NCBI GenBank assembly: GCA_001823925.1
Contig: MHWB01000002.1
Location: 2,376-60,869, forward strand
Direction: 5' to 3'
DNA from: Candidatus Zambryskibacteria bacterium RIFCSPLOWO2_01_FULL_39_39
Lineage (GTDB): Bacteria; Patescibacteriota; Minisyncoccia; Phycocordibacterales; WO2-35-19
DNA length: 58,494 nucleotides
This document shows, one piece after another, positions 44,969 through 54,253 of this stretch (positions are counted from its first letter, which is position 1; each line of letters begins with the position of its first letter). A model generated the notes under the pieces. It was not told the origin of the DNA, searched no databases, and saw nothing but the letters and a program-made list of their open reading frames with translations. Position numbers and translations under genes: made by a program.

Positions 44969-46295
44969 TAATTCTGCTTCTGCAGAATTAACTGAGGCTC
45001 AAATACAAGAACAGGAAGCTAAGTGGCGGAGCGAACTTGCGGCTACCGAGAAAGAGATAGCCGAGTGGGAGTCTGTATTATCAAAAACCAAACAAGGTAC
45101 CGCCTCACTTCAAAGGGACGCATCTATTTTGCAAGCAAAAATCAGTGAAGCCAAAGCTTTTATAAAAAAGAGGCAAATACAAATAGAACAATTGACTCGC
45201 GACATAGGTCTTAAAACTAAAACCATCAATGAGTTGGAAGCAAAAGTAAACAGAGGCAAAGAGTCTCTGGCTGGAATCCTGCGTTCAACCAATGAGATAG
45301 ATTCATATTCACTCGCAGAAGTAATGCTTTCCAATAAAAATTTGTCACAGTTTTTTGAAGATATTGACTCTTATAATTCAATTAAGGCATCTCTAGAGAC
45401 TCAATTTAAAGAAATAAGAGAATTGCAAGGCAAAACAGATAGTGAAAGAAAGATTCTTGATGAAAAAAGAATCGCCGAGGCAGATACTAAAGCTAAAATA
45501 GAGGCTGATAAAAAAAGAGTAGAATTGGACGAAAAAGAAAAACAAAGACTCATAACCATAAACAAAACTCAAGAGAAAACTTATGGCCAGGTTATAGCCG
45601 AGAAACAAAAAAAGGCCGCCCAGATCAGAGCCGCCTTGTTTGCTTTGCGTGATACCGAAGGTATAGCATTTGGCGATGCTTTAAAATATGCCACACTAGC
45701 GTCTGGTAAGACAGGAGTAAGACCAGCGCTTATACTTGCCATCCTGACCCAAGAGTCAGATTTGGGTAAAAATCAAGGATCTTGTCTCATAAATAATCTA
45801 GAAACAGGGGATGGTGCTGGTAAAAATACAGGCACTTTGTTTGAAAAAGTAATGAAATCGCCAAGAGACACTGCGCCATTTAAAGAAATTACCGATAGAT
45901 TAGGTAAGGATTGGAAGATGACACCAGTCTCTTGCCCACCAGGTACCAAATGGACCGCAAGTAGAGGCTATGGTGGTGCTATGGGTCCATCACAATTTAT
46001 ACCTTCCACTTGGGAACTTTTTAAAAATAAACTTGGTAGTAGTTTAGGACTTGATGGGGATAGTGTAAATCCTTGGAATCCAGAACACGCCATATTGGCT
46101 ACCGCAGTATATATGGCAGATCTAGGAGCAAGCAGTGGTGGCTACACCGCAGAGAGAAATGCCGCTTGTAAATATTATTCTGGTAGGTCATGTAGAGTGG
46201 GTGGAGGACCTGCAAATACTTTTTACGGTAATCAAGTCTTAGCCAAAGCCGAAAACATACAACTTACAATGATTGATCCATTGGAGGGATTTTAA
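44907..46295 (+). CDS. Secreted coiled-coil protein with C-terminal lytic transglycosylase (SLT/MltB-like) domain
   Basis: Signal peptide, long coiled coil, LAILTQES (catalytic Glu), GGAMGPSQFIPSTW. Confidence 0.82.
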   Translation: MNLKRCIFFVLLASGFWLLASNSASAELTEAQIQEQEAKWRSELAATEKEIAEWESVLSKTKQGTASLQRDASILQAKISEAKAFIKKRQIQIEQLTRDIGLKTKTINELEAKVNRGKESLAGILRSTNEIDSYSLAEVMLSNKNLSQFFEDIDSYNSIKASLETQFKEIRELQGKTDSERKILDEKRIAEADTKAKIEADKKRVELDEKEKQRLITINKTQEKTYGQVIAEKQKKAAQIRAALFALRDTEGIAFGDALKYATLASGKTGVRPALILAILTQESDLGKNQGSCLINNLETGDGAGKNTGTLFEKVMKSPRDTAPFKEITDRLGKDWKMTPVSCPPGTKWTASRGYGGAMGPSQFIPSTWELFKNKLGSSLGLDGDSVNPWNPEHAILATAVYMADLGASSGGYTAERNAACKYYSGRSCRVGGGPANTFYGNQVLAKAENIQLTMIDPLEGF

Positions 46296-46329
46296 CCCCA
46301 CCCCTAGCCCCTCCCCAAAGGGGAGGGGA
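46295..46329 (+). repeat. Short copy of the DUF559-associated repeat
   Basis: ACCCCACCCCTAG-CCCCTCCCC AAA GGGGAGGGGA directly at a stop codon. Confidence 0.8.
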
Positions 46330-46809
46330 ATAAGAAAAAAGTAAGTCATTTTTGACCTCTTTCCAAAATACAGCTTTAAATAAGGCTATTCTGGCATTCA
46401 TCAAAACAAAATATAAATTATCCACAATTTTACTTGACAATTTCTGTAAGTTTGGTATCATTAATAGTGGAATGACTAGTAGTGAGAAAGGCGGTGTCGT
46501 AAAGTTGACCTCTGTGAGAATCGCTGATACCCCACATGTCAATTAAGTATGAAGAATTAAGTAGAAGCCAGTTTGGCAGAAACTGAATAACAATGTCTAA
46601 GTCGGATATCTTGGGAGTTGTTTGCAAAAAAACCCAGGACCGCAAAAAACTGCCATTTAGAGCTCTTTCAAGGAAAAACCAAAAAGGCCATGATCACACA
46701 GGTTCCCTCGTCCTCTTCAGAGGATCGCAGGAATTCCAACCACCTGATCACGGCCTTTTCTATTTATACAATTTGCATAAAATTTAAAGTTTGGTATATT
46801 AATACAGCA

Positions 46810-47043
46810 ATGAAAACAGAAATTCACCCACAATATTATATAGATGCCAAAGTAAGCTGTTCTTGCGGTAATAAATTTACCGTTGGTTCAACTCAAAAAG
46901 AAATCAAAGTAGAAATTTGTAGCGCTTGCCACCCATTCTTTACAGGCAATGAAAAGGTGATTGATGCCGCTGGTAGAGTAGAAAGATTTAAAGTCAGAAA
47001 GGCTGCGGCCACTAAAACTCCTAAAACTAAATCAAAGAAATAA
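46810..47043 (+). CDS. rpmE: 50S ribosomal protein bL31
   Basis: [29 protein letters not shown]. Confidence 0.97.
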   Translation: MKTEIHPQYYIDAKVSCSCGNKFTVGSTQKEIKVEICSACHPFFTGNEKVIDAAGRVERFKVRKAAATKTPKTKSKK

Positions 47044-47050
47044 ATTAATA

Positions 47051-47097
47051 ACCTCTCCCAAACCCCTCCCTTTTGGGGAGGGGTGAAGGGGTGGGGT
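47051..47097. repeat. Double-ended copy of the DUF559-associated repeat
   Basis: ACCTCTCCCAAA-CCCCTCCC..GGGAGGGG-TGAA-GGGGTGGGGT. Confidence 0.75.
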
Positions 47098-47105
47098 GTA
47101 TCTTT

Positions 47106-48068
47106 ATGGATATATCTCGTTATAAACAAAACCCCAAGACTCAGTATTTGGCAGAAAATTTGGAGAGGCTTTTAAAAGAAGAGGCTGATGTTTTGGTGTT
47201 GGTAGAAGAAGGACTAACTTCTTCAGCAGACGAGATGAAAGAGTTGGCAGAGGGGGATTTGAAAAATATAGCAGCCCAAAAAGAAATTTTACTCGGACAG
47301 ATGGATAAAATATTGGAAGAAGAAATCCGTAAAGAAAAAGAGGAGGAGGAATTTCCCAATGAAATAGTCTTGGAAGTCAGGGCCGGTGTCGGTGGCGAAG
47401 AGGCCGCTCTATTTGCCGAGGAACTAGCCAATATGTATCGCAGATATGCTGATTCAAGAGGTTGGTCTGTTTCAATATTAGATGAATCAGAGTCGCCACT
47501 CGGAGGGTACAAGGAAGCTTCTTTTGAAATACGAGGCACTGATGTTTATAAAGAACTTAGACATGAGACAGGTATCCATCGTGTACAAAGAGTACCCAAG
47601 ACTGAAAAAATGGGTCGGGTCCACACATCTACTGCTTCCGTGGCTATATTGCCAATTCGCAAAAAAACAAAATTTGAAATTAACCCAGCTGATTTAGAAG
47701 TTGAATTTTCTCGTGCCGGTGGCAAAGGTGGCCAAAACGTAAACAAGGTGGAAACAGCTGTAAGACTTACTCACAAACCAACGGGCTTAGTGGTACGTTC
47801 CACTGCCGAGAGAAGTCAAAATGCTAACAAAGAAAATGCTTTGATGATCCTTTCAGCCAAACTAGAAGAAAAGCAACGAGAAGAAGAGGATAGTAAATAT
47901 GCGGCGGATCGTAAAGATCAGGTGGGAGTAGTGGATAGGTCAGAGAAAATTAGAACTTATAATATCCTTCAGGATAGGGTTACAGATCATAGATTAAATA
48001 AAAACTGGCATGGTATAGAAAATATAATGAAAGGTCAGATAAGCGGTATTATTGACGCTTGGAAGTAA
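47106..48068 (+). CDS. prfA: Peptide chain release factor 1
   Basis: HRVQRVPKT (PxT), [12 protein letters not shown]; follows rpmE. Confidence 0.95.
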   Translation: MDISRYKQNPKTQYLAENLERLLKEEADVLVLVEEGLTSSADEMKELAEGDLKNIAAQKEILLGQMDKILEEEIRKEKEEEEFPNEIVLEVRAGVGGEEAALFAEELANMYRRYADSRGWSVSILDESESPLGGYKEASFEIRGTDVYKELRHETGIHRVQRVPKTEKMGRVHTSTASVAILPIRKKTKFEINPADLEVEFSRAGGKGGQNVNKVETAVRLTHKPTGLVVRSTAERSQNANKENALMILSAKLEEKQREEEDSKYAADRKDQVGVVDRSEKIRTYNILQDRVTDHRLNKNWHGIENIMKGQISGIIDAWK

Positions 48069-48090
48069 ATTTGATAAGATTTCAAACTGT

Positions 48091-48777
48091 ATGACAGAAA
48101 CAACAAAAACAGAACAAAATCTAGACGAGCTCTTTAAAGCTGGAGCTCATTTTGGGTTTAGCAAATCAAGAAGGCACCCTAGCGCAACCCCACTTATTTT
48201 CGGTTCCAAAAATAAAGTAGATATCTTTGATTTAGAAAAGACTCATGTGAGTTTGGAAAATGCTCTTGCTTTTATTTCTAAATTGGCTGAAACCAAGGCT
48301 ACTATTTTGTTTGTGGGAGGCAAAAATGAAGCTCAGGGGATAATAAAGGAAGAAGCAGAAAAGATAGGTATGCCTTATTTGGCTGGCCGTTGGATCGGCG
48401 GGACACTCACAAATTTCCCAGAAATAAGAAAGAGGATAGATATCATGATCCTTCTCTTGTCTCAAAAAGAAAAAGGGGAACTCGTCAAATACACCAAAAA
48501 AGAGAGGATTTTGATAGATAGAAAGATAGAAAAACTTCAAAAGATGTTTGGCGGTATTAAAGATATGATTGCCTTACCCAAAGCGCTATTTATCATTGAT
48601 CCCAGATTTGAGGAAACCGCCTTAAGAGAAGCTAAAAGTTTAAAAATACCGGTAGTCGCTTTGTGCGGTTCTGATAATAATATCACCGACATTGATTATC
48701 CCATTTCAGCTAATGATTCTAATATAGCCAGCATCAGATTTTTTGTAGAAAAAGTGGCTGAAGCGTATAAAAAATGA
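48091..48777 (+). CDS. rpsB: 30S ribosomal protein uS2
   Basis: AGAHFG, RWIGGTLTN, I.ANDS. Confidence 0.97.
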   Translation: MTETTKTEQNLDELFKAGAHFGFSKSRRHPSATPLIFGSKNKVDIFDLEKTHVSLENALAFISKLAETKATILFVGGKNEAQGIIKEEAEKIGMPYLAGRWIGGTLTNFPEIRKRIDIMILLLSQKEKGELVKYTKKERILIDRKIEKLQKMFGGIKDMIALPKALFIIDPRFEETALREAKSLKIPVVALCGSDNNITDIDYPISANDSNIASIRFFVEKVAEAYKK

Positions 48778-49358
48778 ATATAACTACCAAACAAATCAAA
48801 GAATTGCGTGACGAGACTGGCGTGTCGGTCATGCAGTGCAAAAAGTCTTTGGAAGATGCGGGCGGAGACTTGGAGAAGGCTAAAATAATACTGCGCAAGA
48901 TAAGTAAACAATCTGCAGATAAAAAACTAGGCAGAACTCTTGGCGCCGGAGCAGTGGTCTCTTATATTCATAGCAATGGCTTAGTTGGGACCATGCTTGA
49001 ACTTTTGTGTGAGACGGACTTTGTAGCCAGGAATGAAGACTTTAAAGCTTTGGGCAAGGATTTGGCGATGCATATAACCGCCTTGTCACCAGAATATTTA
49101 AAGATGGAGGATATAAAAGAGGAAGATAAAGTAAAAGCAAAGGAGCTTTTTGAAAAAGATTTGGCAGAGAAACCAAAAGAAATGCGTGATAAAATAATGG
49201 AGGGTAAACTTTCTTCGTATTTCGGAGAAAAAGTTTTGCTTGAACAGGCTTTTATTAAAAATTCGGAAATAAATATTCGCACCTTGATAGAACAAGCTGC
49301 CCAAAAATTTGGAGAAAGGATGGAAGTGGGTAGATTTGTGAGATTTTCTATTAACTAA
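48774..49358 (+). CDS. tsf: Elongation factor Ts (short form)
   Basis: IKELRDETG..MQCKK.L, CETDFVARN. Confidence 0.96.
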   Translation: MNITTKQIKELRDETGVSVMQCKKSLEDAGGDLEKAKIILRKISKQSADKKLGRTLGAGAVVSYIHSNGLVGTMLELLCETDFVARNEDFKALGKDLAMHITALSPEYLKMEDIKEEDKVKAKELFEKDLAEKPKEMRDKIMEGKLSSYFGEKVLLEQAFIKNSEINIRTLIEQAAQKFGERMEVGRFVRFSIN

Positions 49359-49367
49359 CCTAAAAAT

Positions 49368-49754
49368 ATGGCAACAGTTGTAGTATTTGCTTCATCTCTT
49401 TTTGTTACGTTGTCTTTAGTATCTTTAAAAGCACTAGAATTAAACTCTGGCAAGAAAAATTTTGTATTAAAATTGATTAGCAAACTTGATAATGGCACCG
49501 AAAAGTTAGTTTCAATTCTTAAATTTAAGATCTTGCAATTAATACAGAGTGTCCGTTATATTGTGCTAGTCGAGGCAAAGAAGGTTATTTCTGATTTGTT
49601 TTACGACACCCAAGAAAGGATACTGAATGAATATAGAATAAAGCAAGATATCATGATGGGTCGTAAAGAAGTTTTAAATAAAGGTTCTGTCTCGTTCTAT
49701 CTTAAAAAGATTGCAGAGAACAAGGGAAATGGGGAGAAAGGAAAGATAGAGTGA
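49368..49754 (+). CDS. Hypothetical protein, N-terminal TM helix
   Basis: 128-codon ORF co-oriented after tsf. Confidence 0.6.
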   Translation: MATVVVFASSLFVTLSLVSLKALELNSGKKNFVLKLISKLDNGTEKLVSILKFKILQLIQSVRYIVLVEAKKVISDLFYDTQERILNEYRIKQDIMMGRKEVLNKGSVSFYLKKIAENKGNGEKGKIE

Positions 49755-49845
49755 GAAAATTAACCTAATTTCTAATTGTTCTAAAATTAGGATTTGGAAT
49801 TTGTTTAGAAATTAGAATAATTAGGGTAATTAGAAATTTTAATAA

Positions 49846-49918
49846 GCCGGCATAGCTCAGTTGGTAGAGCGCCACTTTTGTAAAGTGGATGTCCGGGGTT
49901 CGAACCCTCGTGCCGGCT
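49846..49918 (+). tRNA. tRNA-Thr(TGT)
   Basis: GCCGGCATAGCTCAGTTGGTAGAGC, anticodon arm CCACT-TTTGTAA-AGTGG, GGTTCGAACC, acceptor end TGCCGGC. Confidence 0.96.
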
Positions 49919-49960
49919 CAATTAGTTGATTTTAGTTTGCCCCGTGTGAGCAAAGCGAAT

Positions 49961-50680
49961 TTACGGGGTCGAAGTCGCTTGTTTGGACTTTAAAGCTTTT
50001 TCAATTTCGTCTTTAGCTTTTTGTTTGTCTATTTCTTTCAGTGCGGGAATAATCTCTTTAATATCTTCTATAGATTTAAAACCATAATAGACCTTGTCAT
50101 TTACCAATATGGTAGGTTGTTCATTTTTGATATTGTAGATGCTTATGAGCGTCTGCAAAGCCGAAAGGTCAAGATTGTAATCAAAAGAATAAACTCTAAG
50201 CTCTGGGTAATCTTGTCTTAATTTGGTAAGGACGAAGCCCTCTCTTTCACAATCCGAACAATTATTATCCAAATTTGAGTAGAAATACATTAAAGAGGGT
50301 CCGCCATTGGTAGAGTTTATACCGCATCTCTCTTTTATTTTCTGCATTAAAATAAAATCTTTAATTTGAAGAAGAGAATAATATTTTTTTAGATTTATTA
50401 CTTCTGCGTCATCTGTGCCTCTATTTTCTTCTGTATATGAAAGCTTATCCCCCAAAGTAGCGAGCTCTTTAGAGAGAAAAGTATTGCCTATCTCTCTGCA
50501 AGAAAGTTCTGAGAGCAGTGAAAACTGGGTTTCTGAAGAAAGTATGTCTACGGCAATACGGCTTTCAATGTCTTTGATTTCATTCATTTTCTTTTGACTA
50601 AAATAGTTGCTAGCCAAAATCGCCGTCACAAATATAGCGGCGGTGATAAGAAACGTATATGCGTATTTTTTCCATTCCAT
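49961..50680 (-). CDS. Membrane-anchored protein with C-terminal thioredoxin-like CxxC domain
   Basis: N-terminal TM helix; YFYS...CSDC, VYSFD, P.ILVN...GF. Confidence 0.6.
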   Translation of the reverse strand: MEWKKYAYTFLITAAIFVTAILASNYFSQKKMNEIKDIESRIAVDILSSETQFSLLSELSCREIGNTFLSKELATLGDKLSYTEENRGTDDAEVINLKKYYSLLQIKDFILMQKIKERCGINSTNGGPSLMYFYSNLDNNCSDCEREGFVLTKLRQDYPELRVYSFDYNLDLSALQTLISIYNIKNEQPTILVNDKVYYGFKSIEDIKEIIPALKEIDKQKAKDEIEKALKSKQATSTP

Positions 50681-50789
50681 AGGGATAGTTTACAGATTAT
50701 AGATAACGGACTAAAGTAAAACATAAAAATAAAAAAGTTGCAACTATAAACAATTTATGATTAAATGATTATCAGAAAAGGAGAACGCC

Positions 50790-51389
50790 ATGAGACAATG
50801 GTACTGGGGAGGTCAGACATACACCCACTCTACAGATTTCAAACTCTGGGCTCATGTACATCTTGCTCTGTGCAAGAACGTGCTTAATGCTAAAACCGCC
50901 TACATCTACGAGTCCGATCGAGAGGGTCAAACGATCTTCTCAGTTCTTGGAGTCGAAGTCGATCGTTACCAAACGGCGAATGAGACGATTTACAATTTGG
51001 GATACGACAATCTGCTTGCAAGACTACTCACGCTGACCCCAGAACAGATCAGGGAGGAACATCCTTGGATGTATAACTCGATGATTTATCACTTCGGATC
51101 GGTCAAAGCAACCCTGAAGAAGCGTGACTGGGGTGAGTCGATTGTCTACCATCATCACGAAGACCTGAGCCCATACTGGGCAAAGGAAGTAGTACCATTT
51201 CTTGAGGAGATGACCGACCAACAGATTGCTGATGTTTGTGGGTGTACCCCCGAACAAATTGCAAACATTCGTCTCATTGCGTACATGAACAAGGTAGTCC
51301 CCGTAGTAAAGAAAGAATATCCACCGGAAGAATCAGAAACTCCGAGAGGAATATTTCACAAGCTTGGAAAAGTGTTGAAAATCGCTTGA
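50790..51389 (+). CDS. Hypothetical protein
   Basis: 199-codon ORF with AAGGAG RBS; composition differs from its neighbours. Confidence 0.6.
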   Translation: MRQWYWGGQTYTHSTDFKLWAHVHLALCKNVLNAKTAYIYESDREGQTIFSVLGVEVDRYQTANETIYNLGYDNLLARLLTLTPEQIREEHPWMYNSMIYHFGSVKATLKKRDWGESIVYHHHEDLSPYWAKEVVPFLEEMTDQQIADVCGCTPEQIANIRLIAYMNKVVPVVKKEYPPEESETPRGIFHKLGKVLKIA

Positions 51390-51460
51390 AGAAGTTCCTT
51401 ATCAAATGAGTTTTTGTACAACTTGCCTGATTCAGTAATATCGGATTGGGCTTTTTCTTT

Positions 51461-51730
51461 TTAATCTTCTTGAGAAGTTGGAATAAAAATCGGGAGATTA
51501 TTATGTTTTTCTAAACGTCCAATACGTTCAATCGGATTTTCCTCCAAAATTTTATCAAGGGCTTTAATTGAAGGTTTGATTTCTTCGATATCATTCCTAA
51601 TTTCTTTTATATCAAATTTTATTGTTTTTATTTCTTCACTTATCCCATTTACGGTATGAGCCAGATCACCAAATTCTTTTTTGGTTGGAAAATGTTCTTT
51701 TAATAATTTTACCAATTTTTCTTCGTTCAT
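51461..51730 (-). CDS. Small coiled-coil hypothetical protein
   Basis: Heptad pattern; FPTK.E and RI.RLE motifs. Confidence 0.55.
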   Translation of the reverse strand: MNEEKLVKLLKEHFPTKKEFGDLAHTVNGISEEIKTIKFDIKEIRNDIEEIKPSIKALDKILEENPIERIGRLEKHNNLPIFIPTSQED

Positions 51731-51793
51731 TTTTTTATTATATCAAAGTTTTATCACTATAAGCAAGTAGATTTATTTATAATAAAAACATAA

Positions 51794-53044
51794 TTATCTC
51801 CACTTTGTTTCTTTTACAAAAATGACATTATAAATAGCTTTGGTCATCCAAATCGGAGCCAGAGCAGTGTAAAACATTAAAAACAAAATACTATCTAAAC
51901 CAAACTTATACTTTTCTTCTGCTAAACCTCTGGAAGTTACGATAATAAAGAGCGTCCCCAAGACCGCAATTATAGAGATGAAGACCACTATATCAGTATT
52001 GACGTAGAAAAAATCAAAATTAAATCCCGACCAAGATAGGCCAATAGTGGATACTTCTTTTATTTTGAGGATTGAGATATTTATCCAATTTATTACAACT
52101 GTCCCAAAAAAATACATAGTGGAAAAAACAGAAAAGCCTGCAGCAGGCAAGACCACCATCCCCAAATTGCCATACTGAGGTCTAAAAAACATACCCCTAT
52201 AATCAATAGCATTTTTAAGGAAACCGTGGACCCAGCGTAAACGTTGTTTATAAAGAGCTTTGAAAGTAGTGGGAGCAATAGTATAAACAAAAGCATTGGA
52301 GACATTGCTTATTTTCATAAAGTTTTTTTGCATACGCATAGCAATTTCCATATCTTCAGTATTGTGAGCATGTCTGTAGCCTCCTATTTTTTGGAAAACA
52401 GATCTGCGGAAAATAGAAAATGGCCCCGGAGTTATATAGACGGCATTTAAATTGGAGAATACTTTTCGCAAAAAAATACCAAAAATGTATTCCGCTTTTT
52501 GGATAAGGCCCAATATCCCTTTTGGTTCAAATATTTTTATAGAAGGAGTAACTGCCATAATTTCGCTATCATCAAATTCTGTCGCGATCCTCCTTAAAGC
52601 TTCTGGGTGGACAAAAGAGTCAGCGTCCAAGCAGCCAACCAAATCAGAGTCTACAAATTCTAGCGCATAATTTAAAGCTGTATATTTGCCACCATTTTCT
52701 TTTCTTAAAAGTTTAATTTGTTTGTTATGGGCAAACACTTGCAAAACACGCCAAGTATTGTCCGTACTTCCGTCATCTACAATAAAAATAGAGAGTTTGT
52801 CTTTGGGATAGTTAAGCTTCAAAATCGAGAAAATCGTCTTAAGGATAGTGGTTTCTTCGTTCCAAACGGGCACTATCATAGATACACTTGGGAATTCATC
52901 CTCACTTTTTTTCTTTCCTTGACCCGCAAAAATCTTAGTTAGAGAGATTGCTTTAAATTCAAAGTAAGTAATCAGGAAAAATACCTCAACATAAAGAGCT
53001 AAGAAAAGTAGAATGTAAGTTATGGTATCTGATGCAAGATGCAT
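51794..53044 (-). CDS. Processive GT2 glycosyltransferase (PgaC/IcaA/cellulose-synthase-like)
   Basis: VP.WNEE, DDGS.D, DADS, TED, QRLRW motifs plus TM helices. Confidence 0.92.
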   Translation of the reverse strand: MHLASDTITYILLFLALYVEVFFLITYFEFKAISLTKIFAGQGKKKSEDEFPSVSMIVPVWNEETTILKTIFSILKLNYPKDKLSIFIVDDGSTDNTWRVLQVFAHNKQIKLLRKENGGKYTALNYALEFVDSDLVGCLDADSFVHPEALRRIATEFDDSEIMAVTPSIKIFEPKGILGLIQKAEYIFGIFLRKVFSNLNAVYITPGPFSIFRRSVFQKIGGYRHAHNTEDMEIAMRMQKNFMKISNVSNAFVYTIAPTTFKALYKQRLRWVHGFLKNAIDYRGMFFRPQYGNLGMVVLPAAGFSVFSTMYFFGTVVINWINISILKIKEVSTIGLSWSGFNFDFFYVNTDIVVFISIIAVLGTLFIIVTSRGLAEEKYKFGLDSILFLMFYTALAPIWMTKAIYNVIFVKETKWR

Positions 53045-53062
53045 ATCTGTAAATATAACACA

Positions 53063-54205
53063 TCAACGGATAGTTGCCAAAAAAATCCGTAGAGTCTCAT
53101 CTTCAAGTTTTTTATGCATAGTGTCAACTTCAGAACTTAACAAGGTCCGATTGAGAGATCTATAAATAATCCGAAAAGCGAAACTTACTTTATTTTTACC
53201 AAATTTTTGTTCGTCTTCGTATCTATCTAAGAGTTTAACTTCTTCAACCAGATCTTCCCCTATGACTTCTCGGATTAAATCAAAATAATTGTTTGGCACA
53301 AAGTTTTTATCTACTATAAAAGAAATGTCACGGACTATGGGCGGGTATTTACTAACTTCTTTATATTTTTGGCCAAGATTAAGCTGTTTTTTAATCCTCT
53401 CATCTTCTGACCAAAGTAGGCGGATATCAGGTAAAGACATGCTTACAATCGCCAATCTCTCCAAACCAAATCCAAACGCCCAGCCAGTATATTTTTTTGA
53501 GTCAACTCCGAGCTTTTCTAAAACACTACCCTTGACCACACCACAACCAACCACCTCAACCCATTTGTCATCAATTAGAACTTCCATTTCCAAAGATGGA
53601 TCCGTATATGGAAAAGTATCTTTGTTTAAGCGGTACTTAATTTGAGGTCCGAATACAGCAGCAGCAATATTTCCAAGAGCTTCTTCCAAATCTTTTTGAC
53701 CGATTGTCTTCAAAGTTTTTGGCGCCAGAAACCAACCATCTATTTGATGAAAAACATTCATATGATTGCGGTCTATTTCATCTTTGCGGTAAACTTTGCC
53801 AAAACTAAAACAGCCAACTGGTTCATTTTGAGCTATACGTTTTTTTATTTCTTCGTGCATCAAATAGTAATACCAACAAACAGTGGTGTGAGTCCGCAAA
53901 ATATTTTTATCATCTACATAATATGTGTCTGACTTGCTCCTAGCGGGATGATCTGCTGGGAAATCAAACAAATCAAAACTTATATTGGCTGGGACGATTT
54001 CAGGAGTTTTGATAATATCTAAATCTTTAAAATAGGGATAACATATTATACGATTTACAATTTCTGCAATAGGACTGCCCTGAGTGCGGGAAAGGTCTGG
54101 CATAGCCAAGTATCGCTTCATACGCAAAGCATCAGCATCCTTTCGATTGTTCAAATCTTTGAGCTTTTTCTCTTCTTCGTCTGTTGGAATAATGTATTCT
54201 TTCAT
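53063..54205 (-). CDS. pheS: Monomeric (mitochondrial-type) phenylalanyl-tRNA synthetase: PheS catalytic domain plus FDX-ACB
   Basis: HPARSKSDTYY, LRTHT, YRKDEID..H..VFHQ, FPYTDPS.E, GWAFGFGLERLA; fused SKYPPIVRDISF...S.AFRIIYRS..RTL anticodon domain. Confidence 0.9.
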   Translation of the reverse strand: MKEYIIPTDEEEKKLKDLNNRKDADALRMKRYLAMPDLSRTQGSPIAEIVNRIICYPYFKDLDIIKTPEIVPANISFDLFDFPADHPARSKSDTYYVDDKNILRTHTTVCWYYYLMHEEIKKRIAQNEPVGCFSFGKVYRKDEIDRNHMNVFHQIDGWFLAPKTLKTIGQKDLEEALGNIAAAVFGPQIKYRLNKDTFPYTDPSLEMEVLIDDKWVEVVGCGVVKGSVLEKLGVDSKKYTGWAFGFGLERLAIVSMSLPDIRLLWSEDERIKKQLNLGQKYKEVSKYPPIVRDISFIVDKNFVPNNYFDLIREVIGEDLVEEVKLLDRYEDEQKFGKNKVSFAFRIIYRSLNRTLLSSEVDTMHKKLEDETLRIFLATIR

Positions 54206-54253
54206 GTGATTTAGTGTAGCAAAATAGATTAGAATTTGCTATAATATGATGTA

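Noticed and set aside
46330-46800. Long intergenic region as tmRNA, RNase P RNA or a riboswitch
   Set aside because: No tRNA-like ends or RNase P conserved motifs recognised; the short ORFs look like decayed coding sequence and cannot be assigned.
46618-46809. N-terminal extensions of rpmE (likewise prfA, rpsB, ftsZ and the 18308 ORF)
   Set aside because: Upstream alternative starts run through repeats or neighbouring genes; the conserved protein begins at the downstream ATG.
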